Positions 1-11,564 of a DNA stretch of 64,000 nucleotides are shown here, piece by piece. Below the pieces are notes generated by a model that did not search any database, was not told the origin of the DNA, and worked only from the letters and a program-made list of their open reading frames with translations. How positions within the stretch are numbered: position 1 is the stretch's first letter; every line of letters begins with the position of its first letter. The DNA comes from Stegostoma tigrinum (taxonomy: Eukaryota): assembly GCF_030684315.1 (NCBI RefSeq), contig NW_026728203.1, positions 62,001 through 126,000 on the forward strand, in the 5' to 3' direction. The translations under genes and the position numbers were made by a program.

Positions 1-139
1 ATTCCAGAAATTCTGTGCATAACCATCTTTGGGTCGAAGCTGTTAGAACTGAGCACTCCAGCTGTGGTTGAGCTAGAACTTGACAATTTCACAAAAGAAC
101 CATCAGCCAGAGGTAGTTGAAACCCTCGGAGATCAGGCC

Positions 140-560
140 TAACATTAGATGAGAGAATGTGGTGGCTTGCGTTCTTGAATTGCTGTTGCCCATTTGGTGT
201 AGGCAGATCCCCAATGCTGTTAGGGAGGGAATTCCAGGATTCTGATCCAGCACACTAGGGGAATGGGACCATGTTTCCAACTCAGGATGGTGAATGGCTT
301 GGTGTAGAACTTAGAGGCGGTTGTGTTCCATGTATTTGCTGCCCTTGTCCCATGGCAAGTAATGGGGGCTTTGGAAGGTGTTGTCTAGGGAGCTTTGGTG
401 GATTTCTACAACATTTGGTGATAGTACACATTGCAGTCCCTGTGTGTCAGTGGTGGAAGGAGTGAATCTCGTGGCTGCTCTGAGCTGGCAACTGTTAAGC
501 TTCTGGAGTGTGGGACTGAGGCCCATTGTCCTGATTCTGTCTGAAAAACTCTCTTTGGGC
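140..560 (-). mobile_element. Old LINE ORF2 3' remnant; homologues near 7140-7500, 13745-14070, 18940-19290, 25680-26010, 32780-33150, 38010-38370, 52615-52990, 58500-58850
   Basis: Recurrent translation GSESWNSLPNSIGDLPTPNGQQQFKNASHHIL, typical of a CR1/L2-group ORF2 C-terminus. Confidence 0.55.
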
Positions 561-611
561 ATTATGAACCTAAAAATGAGCATGCAATTCCTAGTCTGAA
601 TAAAATATCCT

Positions 612-775
612 TTTCACTGAAGTCATTCAGGGAAGGGAACTGCCAAACTGCCATCCTTACCTGGTCTGGCCAGTATATGACACCAAGCCTAAAGCACTGT
701 AGTTGACTAATGGGCCCATGGGCAGTTCAGACAGAGGATAAATGCTGCCTGGTCAGTGACATCCTTATCCTGTCA
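612..775 (+). mobile_element. Decayed SacSINE1/DeuSINE-like fragment; homologues near 7590-7725, 14170-14335, 19370-19495, 26110-26275, 33247-33410, 38455-38578, 46078-46240, 53070-53203, 58910-59005
   Basis: ttcact..gtc.ttcagggaagg..ctgccatccttacctggtctggcc and ataaatgctgcc..cagtgacatcc motifs resemble the Deu domain and tail (recalled, not searched). Confidence 0.55.
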
Positions 776-1904
776 AGGAATTGTCAGTGGTCACCCATTA
801 GAAACCAGTGACTGATTGTGATTGACAGCAATGAGCTAGACCCAATGCAGCGTGTGTGGAGCCACATGGAGGCCAGATTACATCAGAAAGCTGATTTTCT
901 TCACAATTAAATGTAAAGGAAATTGGAACTACTGACTTCTGCAAGTGGTATTTTGGTTTTTGCTTTATTGTCATCAGGTGTCCTCAGCATTTGTCACCTT
1001 TGCATTGCAGAGCAAGGACAGGAGTTACAGCAGATGCTTTAGAAGGTGGGCACTGCTTCATTGCCTAATAGAGGCCATAGTCATTAGCATTGTCAGGGAG
1101 AAAGCAGAGCTTTCATTCTACTGAATGGAAAGGACATACTAGAGAAACAATTCTCTAGCTCAGGAAACATGTAAATGGTAAGCAATTGCAGAAAAGCAGG
1201 TGTACCTTGCACGATTGGTCAACTTTATATCCTTGTAATGAGGAATTTTGTGACCTATTAAAGTCAGTAAGATTTAAGCAAGAGAACAAGTAGGTGCAAA
1301 ACACCTCATGGCCTGGCAACAAAATCAGTCAAGAGATAAACACGTGTCTCGTGTCCCGGTTCTGTTCAACACTTCTCACTACCAAACCTGAGATTTCCCA
1401 GCAGCTTTTGTTCCTGGTTTCCAGTGTCAGCTTGGTTTTTCCAAAAATGCTGAAGATTGAATGAATGGACAGGCCTTGGCAATGCCTAATGTTTAGGCAC
1501 AGGACAGATTTCAGTCATGGTTTTGAGCCGAAGCTGGTCCTGAAAAATTGTCCTGGGAAAGCTGAGGACAGATTTTGTTCTGGCATTGTCTGCAATGCAG
1601 ATATTTGCCAGTTGTGGCATTTCCAAGGACAAGATTGCCCACTCAATCCCTACAGACTCTCAGCAGAAGCAAACACCGAGCAAATTACTGGGGCAGGCAT
1701 TGAATCAAAGGTTGCAAGAAAGAACAGAAAATGGATTTGATTACCAGATGTTAAAACACAAAAAACCTCCAAGAACCAGAAGCTATGAAAATTACACACT
1801 GTACTCAGTTCCATGGTGAACACTCTTTTAATTTGCTCAGAGAACAACTAGTCATTTAGTAGAATGAGGTCACCATGTACAACAGATATAGATATTGACC
1901 CCAT

Positions 1905-4313
1905 TCAACGGAGTGGCAGCCTGTCAAACATGTACTCTCCCATGCCATTGTCAGGGGCTCCCAGTCTCTTCAGGTTGGTGATGTGATCTCCCAGCTTCTT
2001 GATCATCTTCACTTGCTTATCCAAGTAGTGCCTCTCCATGAAATCACAGCTGGAAGACAAAATTAATCCAACAAGGATCAAAAAATGTCAGTGACCTCCC
2101 ATGACAGAAGTGACCATCACCTCACTATGGGGGAGGGGCATGCAAGTGATGCCTTCACAAGGTTTTGTTTAAACATCCTGCAGGAGGCAGATAGAAAAAT
2201 AATTGGATTCCCCACCCTGGAAGTACACAAACAGATCACTTTCTTCCAGGAAAGGGATAAAACCTCACATGAGGGTCTATGTGGTCAGAGGCAAGTTTGT
2301 GCAGATCCAGCAGACTCTGGTTCACATCCTTCTCCATCTGCAGAGCTCTCTGCATCACCTCCAGACCATTGCCCCACTCATCCTGCTCTGGCTTCTGAAG
2401 CGAGGGAAGCAGGAACAGAAAGCACAGCTCAGCAGGCAGTTGTATCATTAGTCTACATCTGATCAGTTAGTTATCCCTCATCATTTCCAGGGGTTACATT
2501 CAGACAAAAAATTTTACTTGGATACAAAAACCCTCTAGATTTTATGCTGGTCTGAGAATAAAGAAATGTTAACATATCCCACTGTTACTGTGAATTCTGA
2601 AAGAAGTCGTATCTAGAATCAGTCGCAATGGAAGTAATCCCTTGCTTTACTGTTTGATGTAGTGACCAGAATGGTCCCAAGGCATTACAAACCTCTTCTG
2701 GATGTAGTGAGGTTGGATGCTGCTGCTTTTTGTAGCTGCAAGTTCTCAGCCTTACCTTTTGTTACCTCACCTTGTCCATATAGAGTCACATACAGGGACA
2801 TGTGCTCACCATCCAGTAGCCTGGATCATCTGAATTGCCTTCTGCTATTGAGTCACAAATGCAAAGTATTTCCCTTTTCCCTAAACAAATCCTGTTTTGG
2901 TGAACAACTTGCCCTTGACATAGTATTTGATCAATCCTGAAGCTAAATAGATGGAGATACCAGTCGATTGTAGCTGCTCAAAAAGCTGCAAACAGACAGA
3001 CATTCTCAGAATCCAACCTTGATGTCCTCGGGAGGACTCAGCCTCCACGTTTATTCTGGAATGCCATCAGTTTCTCAGCGTGTTCCCGCTCCTCATGGGA
3101 CTGCTCCTTGAAGAACTCAGCAAAGTGATGGAGGGCAACATCATCCTGGTCAAAGAGAGAGAACTGCAAACAGACAAAATGGGAAGTAAATTTCACTCAA
3201 TTCAGCTTGGTTTTGCTCACGAAATGGAAGTTAGATGGACAGTAAGAAGACAGGTATTTACATTTATGGTCATCCATAAACTAAACTAGACAGATATTTG
3301 TTCAAACATCTAGAAATAAAGATTAAGTAGCACCCGCTACAACCGCTGGTCGGTGACTTGGTGAGACAGTGCACGGTGACGGTCACAGCTGGCAACAGGC
3401 ATTAGACATCCCTGCACTGCAGGTCAGAAACACTATTACCCAGTGCTGGAAGCCAATCAGGGCATTGTCCAACAGAACGAAGGGGCATGTGCATGTTGAC
3501 CAAGAGAAGCTGAAATCTGAGCTCCTCACATTACCAACATCACTCATCTGATTTAGCCCCACTGTCCTAACACCTCATCTGCACAAGAGACAGTGACTGA
3601 TTTTTGTTCCAGATAATCCATCTTGGGAGTGGAAAAAGTCTGCTCCTCATAATTAGCAACTAAAAACCATGAAGGAAAGGTCACTGGACCAAAAACAGGA
3701 ACTGATTTCTCACCACAGATCCTACCAGACCCACTAAGCTTTTCCAGCAGCTCATTTTAGTCTTTTATTTCCAGTAGTTAATCACAGTTAGGATGCTTAT
3801 TAAAAAAAAGGCTTCATTAAAAGGACAAGATATAAAAAGTTAGATTTGGACTGATGCAGGCTTCCACAAGGATGTAAATGATTTCAAATATAAATGGGCC
3901 ATTGATATCAACATGGAAGGAGGAGTTGAATTAAGAAGCAGAACCAGGCCATCCCTCAGCACCAAAAATGTGCTCTGCCCAGAATTACAACATACTGGGG
4001 ACTCCTAGACAAGAGCCAGCTCCAACACAAGACAAGCTTAAAATTGCTACAGAATTAGTATTAAGAGCACTCACAGGATTCATTCCAGGAAGGACAACAG
4101 ACACGATATATGGTAGTACTAAATCATTGAGCAAGAAGCCACTTAAAGGCTCAGTACAATCATATCACAGCCCTAACACTGAAATAGACCATTCAAGATC
4201 ACAAGTCTCACCATGGAGAGGTAAACATAGGAGGAATAAAGCTCCAGGTTGATCTGTTTGTTCACAGCATCCTCACAGTCCTTGTGGTAATTCTGACACA
4301 CTTGGGAGGCCAT
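1905..4313 (-). pseudogene. Ferritin copy 1 (M/heavy-B-like) pseudogene; exons 4313-4212, 3163-3018, 2394-2269, 2049-1905
   Basis: Exon 1 reads [34 protein letters not shown]. Exon 2 has CGA>TGA (tca at 3038-3040) and a 1-bp deletion (146 vs 147 bp). Exon 4 has a 2-bp deletion at its start (145 bp), giving CTG TGA after splicing. Confidence 0.92.
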
Positions 4314-4349
4314 CATCACTAGCCTTGTTCATTAAAACCAAGACCACCC

Positions 4350-4387
4350 TAGAACTGAGTTGCTCCCCGACAAGCTCTGTATTTATA
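4350..4387 (-). promoter_or_regulatory. TATA box (4380-4387) and Inr-like TCAGTTC of copy 1
   Basis: TATAAATA about 67 nt upstream of ATG, with a YYANWYY match at TATA-Inr spacing. Confidence 0.6.
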
Positions 4388-4759
4388 CTCCTGGGGGCCA
4401 TCCCGCACTGACACAGAGAAGGGCAGAACTGATGATGACTGGCAATTGAAAAAAGCTTTAACATTTTGTTTCTAAATTAAGGTGGTTGTGACAAACTGCA
4501 CGAGGAAGTCAATGAAGAAGAGGTGTCAGCTTCTCAGCCTGTTGTGCTGGGATATGAGACAGAAAGGTGGCAAATTGGCTCTGGGTCATAGAAAACTGTG
4601 ACAGGATCAGACGGGGCAAGGACAGGAAGGATGTTCCCAATGATGGGGGAGTCCAGGATCAGGGTATCCTGATGTAAGAGGACTGGGTTGGACATTTAAG
4701 ACTGAGAGGAATACAAACCCAAAATTTACAAAAGTTCCTGGGTGGACATTCAGAGGATT

Positions 4760-5511
4760 TTTAACGACAGAGGCCATTCAGCCCATCATGTCCGTATCGG
4801 CTTCCGAAAGAGCTACCCACCTAGTCCCCCTCTCCAGCCCTATACCCTCTATATTCGTCACTCCCAAGTATATATCCAGCTCTTGTTTTGAAGCCACCTA
4901 TGGGATCTACCTCCGCCACTCTCCCAGGCATCAGATTCCAAATCCTAACAACCTTCTGAATAGAGAGGTTTGTCCTCATCTCAGAGCTCCCTTACTGACA
5001 AATTGTGACCCCTCATCACTGCCGTATCAACTGGTGAAAACAGGATATCCTCCTTTACCCTGCCAGAATGTTCATTATTTTTGTCACTTCAACGGGGACA
5101 CCTCTTAATCAACTATGCTTCAAGGAGATTTATCTCAATTTCCTTCATCTTTCCTTGTATCTAAAATCCCTCATTCCTGGTGTCATTCTCGTAAATGCCC
5201 TTTGAACTCTGTCGAGGGCTTTAATGTCCTTCCTTAAATACCATGCCCAGAACTGAACACAGTACTGCAAATGTGGTCTAACCCATGATTTGTGGAGGTG
5301 TAACATCTATTCCTCGCTTTTATACTCTCCGCATCTATTTGAAATCTATTTCACAAAAGCCTTCTTCATAGCAGGTTAGTCCCGCTCGGCCACTTTCAGA
5401 TAATAACATACTTGAAACCCAAAGTCCCTCTGCTCCCGTACTCACCTCAGATTTGTAACATCGAGCCTGTTTTGTCTTTCTATGTTTCTCAACCAAAATG
5501 CATTAATCTTT
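4760..5511 (-). mobile_element. Old decayed CR1 3' fragment (host of the younger insertions); homologues near 12530-13330, 24450-25250, 30550-30954, 43820-44411, 50230-50984, 57700-58060, 63880-64000
   Basis: Residual RPHL/YCVQFWAW-like coding (cccagaactgaacacagtactgc on +), RIWNL motif and GAATGGCCT 3'UTR motif. Confidence 0.7.
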
Positions 5512-5517
5512 TATGTT

Positions 5518-6679
5518 ATAGAACATAGAACATTACAGCACAGTACAGGCCCTTCGGCCCTGACGTTGTGCCGACCTGTCATACCGATCTGAAGCTCATC
5601 TAACCAACACTATTCCACGTACGTCCATATGCTTGTCCAATGACGACTGAAATGTACTGAAAGTTGGTGAATCTACGACCGTTGTAGGCAAAGCGTTCCA
5701 TACCCTTACTATTCTCTGAGTAAAGCAACTACCTCTGACATCTGTCCTATATCTTTCACCCCTCAATTTAAAGCTATGCCCCCTCGTGCTCGCCGTTTCC
5801 GTCCTAGGGAAAAGGCTCTCCCTATCCAACCTGTCTAACCCTTTGATTATCTTATATGTCTCAATTAAGTCACCTCTCAACCTTCTTCTCTCTAACGAGA
5901 ACAGCCTCAAGTCCCTCAGCCTTTCCTCGTAAGACTTTCCCTCCATACCAGGCAACATCCTAGTAAACCTCCTCTGCACCCTTTCCAAAACTTCCACATC
6001 CTTCTTATAACGCGGTGACCAGAATTGTACGCAATGCTCCAAGTGCGGCCGCACAAGAGTTTTGTACAGCTGCAGCATAACCTCTTGGTTCCGGAACATG
6101 ATCCCTGGATTCATAAAAGCTAAAACACTGTATGCCTTCTTAACAACCCTGTCAACCTGGGTGGCAACTTTCAAGGATCTGTGTACATGGTCACCGAGAT
6201 CTCTCTGCTCATCTACACTCCCAAGAATCTTACAGTACTTTGCCTTCCGGTTCCTCCTACCAAAGTACAACACCTCACACTTGTCCGCATTAACCTCCGT
6301 TTGCCACCTCTCAGCCCAGCTCTGCAACTTATCTACGTCTCTCTGTAACCTACAACATTCTTCGTCACTATCCACATCTCCACCGACCTTCGTGTCGTCT
6401 GCAAATTTACTAACCCATCCTTCTACGTTTATAAAAATGACAAACAGCAGTGGACCCAGCACCGACCCTTGCGGTACACCGCGAGTAACCGGTCTCTAGG
6501 ATGAACATTTCCCATCAACCACCACGCTGTCTTCTTTCAGCAAGCCAATTTCTGATCCAAACTGCTATATCTCCCACAATCCCATTCCTCCGTATTTTGT
6601 ACAATAGCCTAATCGAAAGCCTTGCCGAAATCCATATACACCACATCAACCGGTTTTCTCTCATCTACCTGTTTGGTCA
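5518..6679 (-). mobile_element. 5'-truncated CR1-clade LINE (subfamily A), reverse transcriptase C-terminus and 3' tail
   Basis: ORF 5596-6462 with LGPLLF, SKFADD, RPHLEHCVQFWSP; GVPQG just upstream. (GTTCTAT)n 3' terminus. TSD TATGTT at 5512-5517 and 6680-6685; empty site near 58030. Confidence 0.93.
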
Positions 6680-8756
6680 TATGTTGCAATGGGAAAGTGA
6701 TTGGCAACATCAATATCTTACCGAATAAATATCTAACTGCTCATTCACATATTATCCTTTCCAAAAAGCAGCTGTTTTTTGCTTTATCATGGATGATTTA
6801 CTTCTACTACTAGGAATGTAATCATATTCCCCACTCTCGGTCCTGGAATGGAATTGAAAAGAAGCAGGATCTCTCTATCTACCCTATCAAATCCATGAAT
6901 CCACTTGTAAATTTCAAGCACAGACATCCCTTCCACTTCTACACCGAGAGACTTGGGAAAACTATTATCATCGTAGCCAATTAACTTTCTGCCCAGGTTC
7001 ATTCCAGAAATTCTGTGCATAAGCATCTTTGGATTGAACCTACTGGAACAGTGCACTCCAGATGGGGTTGAACTAGGACTTGACAATTTCACAAAAGAAG
7101 GCCCATCCTGAGGTATTGGACCCGGTCTGAGATCAGGCTCACCATGAGAGAATGTGGTGGCTTTCCTTCTTGAATTGCTGTTGCCTATTTGCTGTCGTCA
7201 GATCCATAATGTTCCGAGTGAGGGAATTCCAGGATTCTGATCCACCGACCCTGGAGCATGGCGGGTCACGTTTCCAACTCAGGATGGCATGTCGCTTGGT
7301 GGAGTAGTTAGAGGGGGTGGTGTTCCCCTGTATCAGATGCTTTTCTCCCATGGCACGTAATTAGGGCTATGGAAAGTATTGTCTCAGGAGCGATGGTGGA
7401 TTTCTGCAGCTTTTGGGAGGCAGTACACAGTGTACTCTGTGTGTCAGTGGTGCAAAGAATGAATCTCGTGGCTGGTGGGAGCGGGAGGCCATCACATTTC
7501 TGGAGTGGTGGACTGATCTTCTAATTCTGTGCAACAACTCTCTGGAGTTCTAGAATTAAGAAACTGATGAGTAGCATTAAATTCAGTGTCAAAAATGCAT
7601 CCTTACTTAGTCTGGCCTGCATATGACACTGCAACCACAGCAAAGCGTGACACTCTGACCTGGCTTTGGCAGGGGGCAATCGGAAATGGATAAATGGTGT
7701 CAGCTCAGAGACATCCTCATCCTTTTTCTAAAGGAATCTGTCACCCCTGAGCATCAGTAATTAGGCAGCCAGAGTGCTCTGCAGGTGTAGGTACATTCCA
7801 GTCAGTCAATCTACATCAGGAGAGCTTATTTCCTTGCTAAGAATAGGAACTGCTGCTTTCTGCCAGTGGCATTTGGGTTCGAGCTTTATTTTCTCCTGGT
7901 GTCATGAGCATTTGGCGTCCTTAGACTGCAGAGAAGTGATAGAAGTTCTACCACAGGGGCTCGAAGGTGGGGACTGCTTCATTACCTAATCAGGATCATT
8001 GTCTAGAAGCAGAGAGAGACTGATACACAAGAAAACAAACTTTGCCATTCTCCTACAAACAGCCACTGCCCTCACTCCTTCCACCACCGCAGCAAAAGAG
8101 AGAAACCAATTTCCCACATCTGGACACAATTGCTTATCTAAATGCTAAAGATCAGTGCATCTGAAATGCTGGATGTTCTGCTATATATATTCCTGTTCCA
8201 AAAAGAGTGAATGTATGCTCAAATCATTAGATTTGAAGTGCGACAACAAAATTGCTGGAAAGCTTGGGTCCTGGGACTGAACAGTTTTCTCTCCACAGAT
8301 GCTCCCCAAACTTGCTATTTCCTGCCCCTGCTTATTTACAAAAGAGACCTAAACATTTGCAAGGGCAGTGTCTAACATTGAGACAGGGGGCTGGTTTCAC
8401 TGAAGATATTGACCAGAAGCTGGTTTGGAATAAAGAAGTCAATACAACACTGCTTACTCGCCAAAAAAACCCAAACTGAACACTTGTGGAATTTCCACTA
8501 CAAGGATTGCCCACCTAATTCCTACAAACAAGAGAAAAGGAGCAAGCCAGTGGGGCAGGCATTGAATCAAAGGTTAATCAGAACAGAAAAACACTTACAT
8601 GATCAGGTGTCAAACAGCAATACCAAGAGCCAGAAGCAGCTGTGAAATTATGCAAAGTACTCAGTTGCATGGTGAACACTATTTTAATTTGCTCAGAGCA
8701 CAACCAAGTTACTAGCATTATGTCACCATGTACAACATACACATTATTGACCCCAT

Positions 8757-11032
8757 TCAGCCGAGTGTGAGCCTGTCAAACAGGTACTCTCCCATGCCAT
8801 TGTCAGGGGCTCCCAGTCTCTTCAGGTTGGTGATGTGATCTCCCAGCTTCTTGATCATCTTCACTTGCTCATCCAAGTATTGCCTCTCCAGGAAGTCACA
8901 CAGCTGGAAGAGAAAATTAATCCAGAGGATCAAAAGTGTCTGAAAGTGACCCCCATGACAGATGTGACCATCACAACCAGGTGGAGGTCCACTGAGGTGA
9001 TGCATTTGTAAGTTTGTTTTACCAGCCTGCAGGAGGCTGCGAGAAGGTAATTGGATTTTTACCCAGAGAGTGCACAAACACACCACTTTCTTCCAAGAAG
9101 AAAGTTTACAAACTCACATGAGGGTCAGTGTGGCCAGAGGCGAGTTTGTGCAGATCCAGCAGACTCTGGTTCACATCCTTCTCCATCTGCAGAGCTCTCT
9201 GCATTGCCTCCAGACCACTGCCCCACTCATCCTGCTCTGGCTTCTGGAGGGAGGGAAGCAGGAACAGAAAGCACAGTTCAGCAGGCAGTTGTATCATTAG
9301 TCTACATCTGATCAGTTAGTTATCCCTCATCATTGTAGGGGAGGTACTGCAAACCAACTTGAATTTGAAGACAACAACTAGATTTTGTACTGAGGGAATA
9401 ACAAATTTTCTAAACACATTCTACTGTTAATGTAGATTCTCAGAATTCACATGTAGAGAATAGGTACCAATGGAAGTAGTTCCTGGCTTCACTATTGTGG
9501 TGTTAGAAACATCTTCCAGATTCAGAAAGGCTGGACACTGCTACTTTCCACAGTGCAACAATTTCCTGTCTTAGCTTTTGTTACCTCATTCTGTCTGAAG
9601 GAGAGTCATTCACATTGATATCTACTCACTATTCTGGTTCCTCTCAATTGCCCTCATAAGTGCAGAGTATTTCCTTTCAACCTAAAGGAATCCTATTTTG
9701 GTGAACACCCTCCCCTTCACACAGTATTTGTTCAAGGCTAAAGCTAAATAGATGGAGATACCAGTCGATTGTAGCTGCTCACAAAAAGCTGCAAACAGAA
9801 GGCTTCAGAATCTAACCTTGATGTCCTGCAGGATGACTCGACCTCCACGTTTATTCTGGAATGCCATCAGTTTCTCAGCGTGTTCCCGTTCCTCATGGGA
9901 CTGCTCCTTGAAGAACTCAGCAAAGTGATGCAGGGCAACATCATCCCGGTCAAAGTAAGAGAACTGTGGGGAGAGAGAGGCTAAAAGGAAACTGTCTGAA
10001 ATTCATGAATGACACTCCTCACTCTGGAACTAACCTGGGCACCATCTGGATTCCACATTTAAGTGGTTAAAAAAACAGACAAAGCAGGAAGTCACCTTCC
10101 ATGGATGATGAAGGGGAGAGCTGTCTAGAGCCATTAGACATCCCTGCTCTGCAGGTTAGAAACACTATTGTTCAGGAGGTGGAGACCAGTTCGGCCCCTG
10201 TCCAACTGAATGAAGGGACATGTGTTCATTAACACAACCAGAAAGCTCAGTCAGCAGTCTCATTATCACTATCACCCACCTGAATAACCGCAGTGTCCTA
10301 CCACCCACTCCACAGAATTTTAACTGCTTTGTTAGAGAGAAAGAAAAAAAAACACATACATAGTCTGAAAATGTGCCCCTTTCCTCACATTGCATAGCTC
10401 AAAGCCACTTCTGAGAAAGGGTCAATGGACCCAGAGCTTGGATTTCTTCCAGCTCTGTAGAGCTTTTCTAGCTATTTTTGTTAGTGTTTAATGTCTAGCA
10501 GCAGCTGTTCTTTTAGTTCAGGGAACTTGACATCTTGAGCACAAGACAGTCCGGTGAATAGGGCAAGGTTTTAAAAAAGGAGTATATTTGTGTCAGGAAA
10601 AGCTTTTGTTGAGAAAAGGAATACAACCAAAGTTTTACAAAAATTAATTATTGACCAAGACCAGATCATCCCTCCAGAGTTAGATGAAAAAAATCACCAA
10701 GGGTTACATTGTCCAGAGACAGCAAGCTGGGCATCCACATCCAGGAGCCAGTTGGACATGAAGACAGTGGTCAAGTTTTGAACAGAGAGTCAGTGATAAG
10801 ACCTGCACTAGATTGCAACAGGGGAAGGGCCACAGAAAATAATACATGTTACAGCTAATTCATTAACCCAGCATAAAAACCAAACAGGTCAACACTATCA
10901 TAGCACAGGCTTCAATTCCACAAAGCTCACCAGGGAGAGGTAAACATAGGAGGAATAGAGCTCCAGGTTGATCTGCTTGTTAACAGCATCCTCACAGTCC
11001 TTGTGGTAGTTCTGACACACTCGGGAAACCAT
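8757..11032 (-). CDS. Ferritin copy 2, M/heavy-chain-B-like subunit, 173 aa; exons 11032-10931, 9963-9817, 9243-9118, 8903-8757
   Basis: Four exons of 102/147/126/147 bp, phase-0 GT-AG introns as in vertebrate ferritins. Translation [10 protein letters not shown]...[40 protein letters not shown].../KPEQDEW...QMEKDVNQ.../[23 protein letters not shown]...FDRLTLG*. Ferroxidase ligands present. Confidence 0.93.
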
Positions 11033-11069
11033 CTTCACTATTCCTGCTCACAAGCACCAAGAAAACTCT

Positions 11070-11215
11070 AGAACTAAGTCTCTCTCTCCCACAGGCTCTT
11101 GTATTTATAGTCCTGGGACCATCCTGCAGTCACACAGAGAGAGGCAGAACTGATGATGACTGACAGTTGCTGCTGGCCAATCAGGAACCACCCATGCATA
11201 CAGGCACCAATGAGA
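11070..11215 (-). promoter_or_regulatory. Core promoter of copy 2: Inr-like TTAGTTC, TATAAATA (11102-11109), two CCAAT motifs (read on + strand)
   Basis: Motif spacing; the block is nearly identical in copies 4, 7 and 10 and similar in copy 9. Confidence 0.7.
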
Positions 11216-11564
11216 GAGAGGGGGTGGGTGTGTTAAGCAGAGCTGATCAGAGGTGGAGATGAGAGCCAGGTCTGGATGGTTATTCTGTGATTGGAACAGC
11301 AGGAGGCCATTCGGCATCTCAAACCTTCTGCACCACTCACTCAGGTCATGGGTCATTTGGTTCTTTTTTAAAATAAGTCAATTTGGTTTGAGAAAAGTTT
11401 TCACATTTTTTTTAATTAAGGTGGTTGTGAGCAACTGCATGAGGGATTCAATGAGGAAGAGGGGCATCAGTTTCTCAGCTTGTTGTGCTGGGATTTGGGA
11501 AAGAAAGTTGGGAAATTGTCTCTGGGTCATAGAAAATTGTAACAGTGTCAGCTGTGGAAAAGAC

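Larger units (their letters stand above)
378..9345 (+). repeat. Segmental duplication, near-identical to about 45843-54820
   Basis: Colinear with offset about 45,470; matching ORF-track peptides. Confidence 0.9.

Noticed and set aside
1785-1812. CAGTGT on the sense strand downstream of the stop codon as a possible 3' IRE
   Set aside because: The flanks (GAGTA / GTAAT) do not form the 5-bp upper stem, the motif is absent from several copies, and it lies beyond the ATTAAA signal.
3038-3040. In-frame TGA as selenocysteine or read-through
   Set aside because: It is a CGA>TGA change at an Arg codon accompanied by frameshifts; no SECIS-like structure was noticed.
4395-4420. CAGTGC near the copy 1 promoter as a possible 5' IRE
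   Set aside because: It lies upstream of the TATA box, has no pairing stem, and is not present in intact copies.
6062-6499. Plus-strand ORFs over LINEs and ferritin exons (for example 6062-6499, 17846-18391, 36911-37591)
   Set aside because: Antisense shadows of minus-strand coding sequence.
9106-9297. [22 protein letters not shown]... ORF as a signal-peptide-bearing secreted ferritin fragment
   Set aside because: The hydrophobic stretch is the translated polypyrimidine tract before exon 3, and no promoter evidence supports an intronic start.
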